NCBI GenBank assembly: GCA_041661275.1
Contig: JBAZUU010000001.1
Span: 101,057 to 165,056 of the forward strand
Origin: Parcubacteria group bacterium
GTDB lineage: Bacteria > Patescibacteriota > Minisyncoccia > Moranbacterales > UBA2206
Direction: 5' to 3'
Length of the DNA: 64,000 bases
The position numbers and the translations under genes were made by a program. Below the pieces are notes generated by a model. It did no database searches, was not told the origin of the DNA, and saw nothing but the letters and a program-made list of their open reading frames with translations. Below, piece by piece: positions 37,200-46,129 of the stretch. Every line of letters starts with the position of its first letter. Position 1 is the first letter of the stretch.

Positions 37200-38300
37200 C
37201 ATCCCAATAATACCATCCGTCAGAAATAATAAAAAGAGGCGAGAATTGCTTGTGGTAAGCATACTCGCCTATTTGTGGTTTTACGCCGATTGTTTCATTT
37301 CTTTAGGAGCGGCGATATCTCCTTTTTGGGTGTAGCTCACAATGAGTTACACCCATTCGTCCTCTTTGTCAAAGAGGACGCAGCTCTTTCTTTCAAACCC
37401 GTGCGGACAACCCTCGCAAGAGGGCTACCCACACGGCGCAGGCTGGCGGCACGGGCACTCGTCCGAGTGCTCGTACAGCCAGCATCTGCTTGTTACCTGA
37501 TCCTCCCGGGCCCAATACTGGCGCCCGGGAACCCAATCGTAATCCTCACCGGTAAACACGTGTTTACCGGCTTCCTGAAATAAGTGCATTATTTCCATTT
37601 TTCCTCCTCGCCCCGACTCGCGTCGGGGCATTTTGATTGTTTTTCTCACCTCACCCACCCAAAATAATTTTTCCAAATTATCTTAAGTGGATGAGGGAGA
37701 ATTTCTCAAAGAACTCCTGGATTAACGATATAATCCACAAAAATGCCAGTGATATCATTTGATTTAAGAGAAGAGAGAGTTTCTTTAGCAAAATCAAATT
37801 AGCGATATCACTGGCATATTTCCAGAGACGAATTATTTATTCATCCTGGACTCTCTTCCCTTAGACGCAATAAATTGCGTCTCTACGATATTCGATTTTT
37901 AAATTTCAGCTTTATTAGAAAGCCTGCTCCTAGTTCCAAATGAATTGGAACTAGGGACCACTTTCTATCCCGACGATGGCTCGTTCGGGAGAGAAACAGA
38001 TTTGTTATCCATTCATCCGCTATCTTTTGAGAATCTCTCTTCTCTTGGATGAATATTGTATACCCTCTGTTTCCAGTGCCATTTATAGGCCTCTTTCATC
38101 TTAGGGATAATCGAGACACTATTTATATGTAATGTACGTTGGTTACGTTTGCTCTCTCTTCCCTATCTCATCGTAACAACACAGTATATCATAAAAAAAC
38201 CAAATTGTAAATAATATTAGGTACATTTTTACGGTTTTGTTACTATTTTACCTTACATAAAACATTATTTTGGCTTATTATCGTTTATATATTGTCATAA
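37200..38300. ncRNA. Candidate large structured non-coding RNA or other structured non-coding element, unclassified; the strand is undetermined
   Basis: 1.17 kb with no credible ORF. The 37230-37640 core is GC-rich in an AT-rich genome. Perfect hairpins at 37236-37270, 37328-37354, 37358-37380, 37549-37570 (22-bp perfect palindrome), 37611-37628, 37743-37817 (21+ bp stem), 37864-37881 and 37930-37954. Long-range complementarity between 37697-37711 and 38013-38026. Confidence 0.4.
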
Positions 38301-38306
38301 TTGATA

Positions 38307-38335
38307 TTGACATTTTTCTCGCCGTATGCTATAAT
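38307..38335 (+). promoter_or_regulatory. Consensus sigma-70 promoter (TTGACA 38307-38312, 17 nt, TATAAT 38330-38335) driving the ORF6N gene
   Basis: Perfect hexamers and spacing, 28 nt upstream of the ATG at 38363. Confidence 0.7.
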
Positions 38336-38362
38336 GGCTATATAAAGCCATAAAATAAAACT

Positions 38363-38878
38363 ATGCCTGAAGTAAGCCAACAATTAATCCCCCACGAGCG
38401 GATAATCGACAAAATATACCTAATAAGAGGCCAAAAAGTTATGTTTGATAGAGATTTGGCTGAACTTTATGGAGTAGAAACAAGAGCTTTAAAACAGGCA
38501 GTAAAAAGAAACATAAAGCGCTTTCCGATCGACTTCATGTTTCAGTTAAATAAGAAGGAGTTGGAAATTTGGAGATCACAAATTGTGATGTCCAAAGGCG
38601 ACCAAAAGGGATTAAGATGGCTGCCCATCGTATTCACTGAACAAGGAGTTACTATGCTTTCGGCAGTGCTTAAAAGCAAAACGGCTATAGCTATAAGCAT
38701 TCAGATAGTCAGAACATTCGTTAAGCTTCGCGAAATGTTGGCAACCCACAAAGAAATGCGCGAAAAGATTGAAAAATTAGAAAAGAGCCAAAATAAAAAC
38801 TTTAAAATTATTTTTGAAATAATCGCTCGTCTAATGAAAGAGGACGCGCTGCCAAAAGAGAAAATTGGATTCAAGTAA
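38363..38878 (+). CDS. ORF6N-domain (KilA-N/Bro-N-related, phage-associated) DNA-binding protein
   Basis: MFDRDLAELYGVETRALKQAVKRNIKRFPIDFMFQL and RWLPIVFTEQGVTMLSAVLKS are typical of ORF6N. 171 aa. Confidence 0.7.
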   Translation: MPEVSQQLIPHERIIDKIYLIRGQKVMFDRDLAELYGVETRALKQAVKRNIKRFPIDFMFQLNKKELEIWRSQIVMSKGDQKGLRWLPIVFTEQGVTMLSAVLKSKTAIAISIQIVRTFVKLREMLATHKEMREKIEKLEKSQNKNFKIIFEIIARLMKEDALPKEKIGFK

Positions 38879-38891
38879 AAACGCACGCTAT

Positions 38892-39659
38892 ATGATTCAA
38901 GAGCAATTGCAAAATTTTGGCCTAACTAAAGCCCAATCGGCTGTTTTAGGCTATCTATTGGAGAATAAAGAGGCTAAAGCCAGCTTGATTGCTCGATCTA
39001 CCAGCCACCCGAGGGGCGTGGTGTACAAGGTATTGGAAGAACTATTGGCTATGGAGCTGGTGGAAAAGCAGGAAAAAGAAGGCCAGATCGCCCGTTTTCG
39101 CGCCAGCCATCCTCAAAACATAGAAAAAGTGCTGGAAGAAAAAGAAAAGAAGCTGGAACAAAGCAAAAAGGCCTGGGCCGATCTCCTACCCCAGCTGGTT
39201 TCGAGCTATAATATGACACTTAATAAACCTGGCATTAAATTTTTCGAAGGCGAAGATGGATTTAAAAAGGTTCTTTACGATACACTTACTAGCAAATCAG
39301 AGGTCTATCTTTTCATTAATACCGAAGCTATGGAAGAAGAGGAAAAATTCAAGGAGATAAACGCTGAATATAAACAAAAAAGGATTAACGGAAAAATTGT
39401 AAAAAAAATATTGCGTGTTGGGAAAAAGCCAGAATTGACATTTGGAACAAGCAATGAAAAATACGACGCCATGACAGAAATAAGATACGCTGAAGAGTTG
39501 TCAAGCATATCTAAGGCAGCTATTCACATATATGACAATAAAATATCTTACCAGATAATTGATGGAGAAAAGATTATTGGCATTCTTATTGAAGACAAGA
39601 ATATATACGAGATGAACAAGGCCTGGTTTGAGATGATGTGGGAAACAGCCAAATCATAG
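38892..39659 (+). CDS. TrmB-family transcriptional regulator
   Basis: N-terminal wHTH (GLTKAQSAVLGYLLENKEAKASLIARSTSHPRGVVYKVLEELLAMELVEKQ) plus C-terminal TrmB-type domain. Start moved to MIQEQ (ATG 38892) to avoid overlap. Confidence 0.6.
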   Translation: MIQEQLQNFGLTKAQSAVLGYLLENKEAKASLIARSTSHPRGVVYKVLEELLAMELVEKQEKEGQIARFRASHPQNIEKVLEEKEKKLEQSKKAWADLLPQLVSSYNMTLNKPGIKFFEGEDGFKKVLYDTLTSKSEVYLFINTEAMEEEEKFKEINAEYKQKRINGKIVKKILRVGKKPELTFGTSNEKYDAMTEIRYAEELSSISKAAIHIYDNKISYQIIDGEKIIGILIEDKNIYEMNKAWFEMMWETAKS

Positions 39660-39781
39660 CCGGCTCTTGCCAAAAATCAAAAGGCGTGCTAAAAATACTT
39701 AGTAACTATTACATACAGCATAGAACATAAAACATGGAACAAAAGATTGTTTCATGCTCCATGTTCCATGCTTCATGACTT

Positions 39782-40051
39782 ATGCCGATAAAAAAAGCTG
39801 CTAAGAAATACATGCGAGTGACTAAGAGAAAGACCGAAAAGAACCGAAAAATTAAGGGAAATTTTCGATCTGCCATAAAAGCGACACAATCCGCAATTGC
39901 CGGAGGGGAAAAAGACAAGGCGCAGGAATCTTTGAAAAAAGCGGTTGTCGCCCTCGATAAGGCCGTCCAAAAGAAAGTCATCCACAAAAATATGGCCGCC
40001 CGGACGAAATCGAGATTAAATAAGACCGTAAAGGAAATGGTAAAGAAATAA
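39782..40051 (+). CDS. rpsT: 30S ribosomal protein bS20
   Basis: Basic helical 89-aa protein with the bS20 pattern (KKAAKKYMRVTKRKTEKNRKIKGNFRSAIK). Confidence 0.85.
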   Translation: MPIKKAAKKYMRVTKRKTEKNRKIKGNFRSAIKATQSAIAGGEKDKAQESLKKAVVALDKAVQKKVIHKNMAARTKSRLNKTVKEMVKK

Positions 40052-40057
40052 TACAGA

Positions 40058-40086
40058 CAAAAATCCCCTTACCGGGGATTTTTTAA
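40058..40086 (+). terminator. Rho-independent terminator (AAATCCCC ttacc GGGGATTT plus T-run)
   Basis: 8-bp stem and T-run after rpsT. Confidence 0.8.
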
Positions 40087-40099
40087 TTTTAAAAAAAGT

Positions 40100-40238
40100 C
40101 CGTCATCCTGAGCGAAGTTCCAAATATATTGGGACGTAGTCGAAGGATCTACTACAAATTGTCACTAGTGCTAATATTTGGCAGATTCTTCGACTGCATT
40201 CCCCCGCTAAGGCGGGGTCATTCCGCTCAGAATGACGG
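40100..40238. repeat. MITE-like nested-palindrome element copy (CCGTCATCCTGAGCG ... GTCGAAGGATCTAC ... CAGATTCTTCGAC ... CGCTCAGAATGACGG)
   Basis: Terminal 15-bp inverted repeats and an internal inverted repeat. Ends exactly at the holA stop codon (40239-40241). Confidence 0.85.
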
Positions 40239-41210
40239 TCAAAGCTCCGCCACGAACTTATCTAAAGCCATTCTCATATCAACCTTGCCAGTCTTCACCG
40301 CATGGTCAAACCGCGCCAACTTGTTGTATATTTTTTTTAACCGCTCGAAAGTAAAAACTCTTGTTTGCGCCAGTGTTTTTCTGATAACAAACGGATGCAT
40401 TTTGGTGACTCGAGATATCTCATATTCACTGCTCATTCCTCTTTCCACGAGATCAGCGATCCTTATCATATTTCTAAATTGATAGACAATCATAGAAAAA
40501 ATATAGAACGGATCGTCGCCTTTTTCCATATTGTCATGAAGAAGTTTCATAGCTGACTTTTTATCATTGGCTCCAAGAGCGTCAATAGCTGAAAAAATAT
40601 TACCATCAATTTTCGCTTTGACCAGAAGCTCCACATCTTTGTCAGTTATCATGACTCCGTCCGAGTAACTTATCAGTTTTTGAATTTCTGAATCTAAAAT
40701 ATTAGTATCTGAACCAACAAAAGCGATTAGTTTTTCAAGAGCCGTTTTGGAAATAGAAGCTTTTTCGTCCAATTCTTTCATCCTTTTTAAAATCCATCCC
40801 GCCAATTTTGCGCCTTCCAATTTTGCGAACTCTTGTTTTTTAATTTCACTCTTTGACAATAGCAATTTAAATAAACTGTTATTTTTCTTCGGATTTTCCA
40901 CTTCCCAAAAAATAACCACGAGATCCAAGTCAGCCAGAATATTTTTATTTTCTTTTACATATTCTGCTATTTTTTTCTGATCATCCAACGCGCCACTGGA
41001 AATAATGTTTTTGACAATCACCAATCTTTTAGGCGCCAAAAGATTAGCCATGCCGAAAACACTCAAAACATCGTTCAGTTTAGCTTTTTCATTCATGTCA
41101 AACAAAGACAAGCCCGATCCGGACTTGTCGCTTTGAAGATATTTATTTTTGATTTCTTTTAGTTTGTGGAGAGATCTGAATGAATCTTCTCCATACAGAA
41201 ATATAATCAT
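40239..41210 (-). CDS. holA: DNA polymerase III delta subunit
   Basis: N-terminal IIFLYGEDSF, AAA-lid and C-terminal helical domain layout of HolA. 323 aa. Confidence 0.7.
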   Translation of the reverse strand: MIIFLYGEDSFRSLHKLKEIKNKYLQSDKSGSGLSLFDMNEKAKLNDVLSVFGMANLLAPKRLVIVKNIISSGALDDQKKIAEYVKENKNILADLDLVVIFWEVENPKKNNSLFKLLLSKSEIKKQEFAKLEGAKLAGWILKRMKELDEKASISKTALEKLIAFVGSDTNILDSEIQKLISYSDGVMITDKDVELLVKAKIDGNIFSAIDALGANDKKSAMKLLHDNMEKGDDPFYIFSMIVYQFRNMIRIADLVERGMSSEYEISRVTKMHPFVIRKTLAQTRVFTFERLKKIYNKLARFDHAVKTGKVDMRMALDKFVAEL

Positions 41211-41338
41211 TTTTTAAGCACCAAATCGCAAGCACCAAATTCCAAATAAATTACAATAACCAAAATCCCAATATTCAAAACGGTTTGGAATTTTGAATTT
41301 ATTTGATATTTGTTATTTGAAATTTGTAATTTCCAACG

Positions 41339-42445
41339 CTAGTTGGTTGGAGTCCAACGCAATGTCTGACCTGGTTCCAGAATTTCCAGCCAGATTTGTC
41401 CCGGCACGAATTTCACTTCCTGACCATTAGAGTCAAGAAACATCATCTTGGAAGTTGCCGCAGATTTATCTTTTTTCCAGGTACCCTTTATTTCCTGTCC
41501 ATTCATATAGAAGAAAGCATCGCCACTATCAACAGAGTCAAACCAGGGGTCTCCTAATTGAACATTGTTATATTGCTCTCCTTCAACTAACTGATCTGAT
41601 TGAGCCATTGCTACGACAACGTTTTTTGGCGCCAGTCTTTGCCCATTATTTCTGTCTGTGTCAGCCACATTGCCCCAAATTCTTTTATATGAATTTGTTT
41701 CTTTGTCATAATCATATTCAGCAGCAAATGGTCCGGCAAAAGCCACGCGCAAATGTCCGCCATTTGGTCTTTGGTCAACCGGCGCTTCGTCCTGGTGAGG
41801 ATATCCGGCAAACTTGTTTTCCATCCTAAACCCAAAAGCTTTAGCGCCTTCAATGATTTTAGCAAATTTAGCATATCCGGTATCCACCCCTCTCATTGTT
41901 CCGCTGGCTTCTTTTCGGTAGCAATATTGGCTGGCGCTGCGTCCGGCATCGTCATTACAATTCATATCGTCAAATTGCTTGCTGTCAAGAACGTCTTTAA
42001 ACTTTTGAATATTAGACCTGCCCCAGTGGACAAAGATCGCGTCGAGTCCTTCGGCCATTGACAGAAAGTCATGGCGCGCGCTTCTCATCGAACCAACATC
42101 ATCCGGATTGCCACAGACATAAACTCCCATAAGTCGAGTGATAGACGCGGTAATGACCGGCATTTCCACTACCATGTCCGCGTCAGAAAATCCGGCAGCT
42201 GGACGAGCCGCCACATCAGCTGGCTGCATAACCGCTACCGGCCTTCGATTCCAATCGGCACAAGCCAAGCCTGAAATTGGACTGACATTTCCGGAATTGG
42301 CCGGTCCAGTTTGAGTGGTTTTATTTCCATTTAGATCTATCTTTTTGTCTGTAGCAGTCTTTGGTCTGGAGAGAAAATAATATCCTCCCCCTGCTACCAG
42401 GATTACCACCAGAACGGCGATAATGATTTTTTGCGCTTTGTTCAT
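41339..42445 (-). CDS. DUF3048 (YerB-like) secreted/lipoprotein-type protein
   Basis: N-terminal TM anchor, then a domain resembling DUF3048 (GLACADWNRRPVAVMQ ... ) and a C-terminal beta domain. 368 aa. Confidence 0.5.
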   Translation of the reverse strand: MNKAQKIIIAVLVVILVAGGGYYFLSRPKTATDKKIDLNGNKTTQTGPANSGNVSPISGLACADWNRRPVAVMQPADVAARPAAGFSDADMVVEMPVITASITRLMGVYVCGNPDDVGSMRSARHDFLSMAEGLDAIFVHWGRSNIQKFKDVLDSKQFDDMNCNDDAGRSASQYCYRKEASGTMRGVDTGYAKFAKIIEGAKAFGFRMENKFAGYPHQDEAPVDQRPNGGHLRVAFAGPFAAEYDYDKETNSYKRIWGNVADTDRNNGQRLAPKNVVVAMAQSDQLVEGEQYNNVQLGDPWFDSVDSGDAFFYMNGQEIKGTWKKDKSAATSKMMFLDSNGQEVKFVPGQIWLEILEPGQTLRWTPTN

Positions 42446-42575
42446 AAATTATTATCTACGAATTACGAACCCTTACGAATGTACGAACGATTGTTAAATT
42501 AGGATTATTCCTAGAAGTTTATTTTTCGTTACATTCGTATTTTTTCGTATTTCGTAGTGAAAAAACAAAATTAAA

Positions 42576-43430
42576 CTATCTTTGACACTTCGTACAATAA
42601 AACACCGACCTTCCTCCCATTTTTTTCCGCACTATTATTGTATCACATTTTTGGCATTTTTTCTTCTCCCGTCTATACACCTTCAAAACCTTGTGAAAAT
42701 TGCCAGGAGCGCCAGAGGTGTCACGATAGTCGCTGTCAGATGTCCCACGCAATTTTATGGCTTTATTCAGGACTATTTTTATATATTTGTATATTTCTTT
42801 ACGCTCTTTGTTTGATAAATCTTTGATTAATCTTTCTGGCAGAATTCCCGCTTCAAATAATATTTCACTTCTATATATATTGCCAATTCCAGCGATAAGG
42901 TTTTGATCCATGAGAACTATTCCAACCGGGGTTTTTTGCTTTTTATTTAATATTTCTTGAAATTTAGCAAATGTGAAATCTGGACTCATCGCGTCCACCC
43001 CTAAAGTCGTTATATCTTTATATTCTTTTAAGGTCTTGGTGTCAAGCAACACTATCTTAGCAAACTTTCTCATATCCGAAAATTCTAATGTCTTATTTTT
43101 TCCAAGCGTCCAAATGTGATGGATATATTGATTAACCCGATCAGAAAAATATTGTTCATTGTTCATTGTTCTTTGATCTTTGACCAAAAGATGCCCAGTC
43201 ATCTTCAAATGTATATACATCGTCTTCCCGCCCGAAAGATCAATAAACATATTCTTCCCGATCCTATGCGCACCCAAAATTTTCCGGCCAACTATTTCCT
43301 TACGAAACTTTTCGACTGTTATATTTTTGAGACTTTTCGGCGCATCAGACCAAAAATCGGTGATTTTGTCACCTTTTATTTTTCTATTGAGATCGTCGAC
43401 GATTGTCTGGACCTCAGGTAGTTCCGGCAT
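42576..43430 (-). CDS. mutM: Formamidopyrimidine-DNA glycosylase (Fpg/MutM)
   Basis: N-terminal MPELPEV (catalytic Pro2/Glu3), H2TH, C-terminal zinc finger CQKCDTIIVRKKMGGRSVFYCTKCQ. Start moved to ATG 43430. Confidence 0.9.
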   Translation of the reverse strand: MPELPEVQTIVDDLNRKIKGDKITDFWSDAPKSLKNITVEKFRKEIVGRKILGAHRIGKNMFIDLSGGKTMYIHLKMTGHLLVKDQRTMNNEQYFSDRVNQYIHHIWTLGKNKTLEFSDMRKFAKIVLLDTKTLKEYKDITTLGVDAMSPDFTFAKFQEILNKKQKTPVGIVLMDQNLIAGIGNIYRSEILFEAGILPERLIKDLSNKERKEIYKYIKIVLNKAIKLRGTSDSDYRDTSGAPGNFHKVLKVYRREKKKCQKCDTIIVRKKMGGRSVFYCTKCQR

Positions 43431-43485
43431 ATTCGCTTCGCTCAAATTAAAAGTTAAAAATGCAAAATTAAAAGTTGTTACATGA

Positions 43486-44217
43486 TTAATCCTTCTCCGG
43501 AATCGCCTTCCAACACATTTTAAATATCATTCGCATGGCTGAAGCAATAGGCTCTGATTCCAAAATCACCGCCATTTTGTCACGCACGGAAAATAATCCG
43601 ACACGGTTAGCGTAAATATTAATTTCGATCTTAAACGGATATTCTTCGGCGCTAATTATTTTTGTTCGTCTCAGTTGATTTTTGTCCTGCGTTGTAAATT
43701 GACTGGCGTCTTTGTCGTCCGGCATGATGAGCGTCTGCATAATTTTTTTCCTCTGCCTCCTAGCCACATATTTTTCCACATCTTTCCAATTGAACATTTT
43801 CAAAACTTCCCCTGACGCCCAACCCACCACTTCTGTTCCGGAATAATTCAGTGAGTCTTCATAAGCTTCCAATATTCCTTCTTTTCCATGATAGAACCAG
43901 ACTTTCGGTTTTATCTCACTGACATTGTTTATAGAAATCAAATCAGGAAGTATCTGGTCAATCAGTGATTCTTTTTTTCTAATCAGCGCTTTTAGTTCAT
44001 GCGGATCAATAGCTATAAAATGTTTTCGCTTTCCCTTAGTGGTTACTCGAATATAGCCCATCCCGACCATTTCGTCCATATTTTCATAAACTGTCGTCCT
44101 CTTGATGCCGGTTTTCTTAGCTATTTCAATGATAGATGTCTCTCCAAGCTCAAGAGCCGCCAAATATATCTTGGCTTTTTTATCCTCCAGCCCTATTTTT
44201 CTCAAGGTTTCCAGCAT
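43486..44217 (-). CDS. TrmB-family transcriptional regulator (second paralog)
   Basis: wHTH AKIYLAALELGETSIIEIAKKTGIKRTTVYENMDEMVGMGYIRV plus C-terminal TrmB domain. Start moved to MLETLRK (ATG 44217). Divergent from the radical-SAM gene. Confidence 0.65.
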   Translation of the reverse strand: MLETLRKIGLEDKKAKIYLAALELGETSIIEIAKKTGIKRTTVYENMDEMVGMGYIRVTTKGKRKHFIAIDPHELKALIRKKESLIDQILPDLISINNVSEIKPKVWFYHGKEGILEAYEDSLNYSGTEVVGWASGEVLKMFNWKDVEKYVARRQRKKIMQTLIMPDDKDASQFTTQDKNQLRRTKIISAEEYPFKIEINIYANRVGLFSVRDKMAVILESEPIASAMRMIFKMCWKAIPEKD

Positions 44218-44431
44218 AATGATTGTAATAATGTCGCTTTTTCCGACGATAATTGTATTATAATACCACTTTAAATATCTGTCAAATATGGCTATTTTAA
44301 GCCATCCGCCTGCCGACACCCAATATATCGTACTATTTTTTTGACGTTTTGTGTAGATTATATATAATTTATAGTCATTTCAATGGGGAATGGCACGAAC
44401 CTTAAAAACAAACCAAAAAGGAGACCATACT

Positions 44432-46015
44432 ATGCTTACAAAAGTAGCTTTGATCCAACCGGTGACGGCAGCGGGTAAATCGTTAGGTATTTTCAAATCG
44501 CCTGAATCCATTCAGGCCTTGGCTGGCCAACTGCAAAAGCTGGGCTATCAAGTTAAAATGTTTCATTCGGCCGACAGCGACGAGCTTCGCTGGCAGATCC
44601 ACGGGTTTCTACCGCACTTCATTTGCATTTCGACCATGACCGCCAATTTTCCTGAAGGCCACAAAATTGCGCAAGCAATCAAAAATTCCAAATACTTCCG
44701 CCGGGTAAAAATCATTTTGGGTGGCTGGCATGCTTCTGGCTGTGTAAAAGCCTATGAATCCGGCCAGGAAAAAGAAAGTCTGCGAGAAATTCTTAATCGT
44801 GATTCGCCATTCGACTATGTGGTGGCTGGTGAGGGCGAAGAGGTTTTGCCAAAACTGATCGAAGCAATAAAGAACAATTTCGGAATCATGCATCTAAAAG
44901 GCGTGAGCTATTTTAGTGGAGGAGAGATTCAACTTGGCGGCTCCACACCTCGGATAAATAATCTGGATGGCGTAGCCATGCCTAGCTGGGAAGGTCTTGA
45001 GGTTAATCAATACCGCGATAAAAGAAATGGTGCCCTTGATTTGAGCGTCCATTTCAACCGCGGCTGCCGGTTCAAATGCGCCTACTGCGCAACAGCTTCA
45101 GTTTATGGCCGGGGCATCCGAACTACTCCTGCAGAGCAGGCGTTTGAGTACATCGAATTTCTGGCGCAAAAGTTTAAACCACAGGTCATCACCTTCACGG
45201 ATGAAGATTTTTTCGCTAATCTGCCGTGGGTGAGACAATTGGTAAATTTGCTGCAAAAAGAAAACTTCCATCACAAGTATGGAATTTCTTTCGACACTTT
45301 TGCCAGCGTCAATGATCTACATCGCTTGCAGAGAAATGGGCATAGCCAACTACTGCATCAGATGAAAGCCACGGGATTTAATTCCTTCACGATCGGAATA
45401 GAATCATTCAGCGTCCCCACATTAAAAAAATACAACAAGGAGTTGATGATTCTGCCGACCATGCTTCTGGAACAAAAAATATTTTACAATGAAGCAAAAA
45501 GCTTCACTAAGAGACTAATGCTTCATAACCACTACCTTTCAACTGTTCAACAAGCTATAAATTTCGCCCATGAACACGGATTTCTGGTGGTGGGAGATTA
45601 CATCCTGGGCAACCCGGATGAATCTGTCGACGCTGTACTCTTCGGTTTCCGCTCGTTCAAAAGCCTTTGCCATCTGATGCTGGCCTACCTGCCGGTGTAT
45701 ACACCATTTCCTGGCACAGCTCTCTGGTTAGAAGCCTACACTTCCGGACAACTGGCACGAAAGGATGATGGAAAAATCAACTGGGGAAAATTCGATGCCA
45801 GCGGCAGCGCTCTTGATCTCGGATACGATATTGCCTCGCTGCGCAATAACCTGGAAATTGAATTCTATACTTCCGATCGATATGCCGAAGACATGTTGGC
45901 TATGATCGAAAAAAATCCTGCCATCAAAAAATTCTTTCTCGACCGCCTGAAATATCTCGACCAGACTTATCCCGATGATCCGCGCATCATCAAACAACTC
46001 GCACATTTACAATGA
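44432..46015 (+). CDS. B12-binding-domain radical SAM protein
   Basis: N-terminal B12-binding-like Rossmann region, CxxxCxxC cluster motif CRFKCAYC, radical SAM core. Start at ATG 44432 with RBS AAAAAGGAG 7 nt upstream. 527 aa. Confidence 0.65.
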   Translation: MLTKVALIQPVTAAGKSLGIFKSPESIQALAGQLQKLGYQVKMFHSADSDELRWQIHGFLPHFICISTMTANFPEGHKIAQAIKNSKYFRRVKIILGGWHASGCVKAYESGQEKESLREILNRDSPFDYVVAGEGEEVLPKLIEAIKNNFGIMHLKGVSYFSGGEIQLGGSTPRINNLDGVAMPSWEGLEVNQYRDKRNGALDLSVHFNRGCRFKCAYCATASVYGRGIRTTPAEQAFEYIEFLAQKFKPQVITFTDEDFFANLPWVRQLVNLLQKENFHHKYGISFDTFASVNDLHRLQRNGHSQLLHQMKATGFNSFTIGIESFSVPTLKKYNKELMILPTMLLEQKIFYNEAKSFTKRLMLHNHYLSTVQQAINFAHEHGFLVVGDYILGNPDESVDAVLFGFRSFKSLCHLMLAYLPVYTPFPGTALWLEAYTSGQLARKDDGKINWGKFDASGSALDLGYDIASLRNNLEIEFYTSDRYAEDMLAMIEKNPAIKKFFLDRLKYLDQTYPDDPRIIKQLAHLQ

Positions 46016-46129
46016 GTACGCCCATTAATATGCGTACTCCAAAACCCAGCGGATGATTCCACTGGGTTTTTTATTTTTTCGCCAATTAAAAAGCCCATCC
46101 GAATTTAATCCGGATGGGCTAAATATTTT

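Noticed and set aside
37275-37676. Two ORFs of 102 aa (plus) and 83 aa (minus, Cys-containing) inside the GC-rich island
   Set aside because: They overlap each other on opposite strands and are threaded through perfect hairpins. Open frames are expected by chance at high GC. There is no RBS and no recognisable domain.
37200-38300. RNase P RNA or tmRNA as the identity of the GC-rich structured region
   Set aside because: By eye there is no P4 motif (AGGAAAGUCCGG / ACAGAAnCCGGCUUA). There is no tRNA-like T-arm (GGGGGTTCGAATCCCCC ... CCA) and no ANDENYALAA-type tag reading frame. It is also 2-3 times longer than either RNA. Only an Infernal scan can settle this.
37680-38300. Replication origin (oriC) hypothesis for the divergent strand-switch region
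   Set aside because: There is only one near-consensus DnaA box (TAATCCACA at 37731-37739), with weak half-matches elsewhere. No dnaA/dnaN is nearby, and the gene-strand bias flips again within 2 kb. The AT-rich 38100-38300 stretch is better explained as the promoter region of the ORF6N gene.
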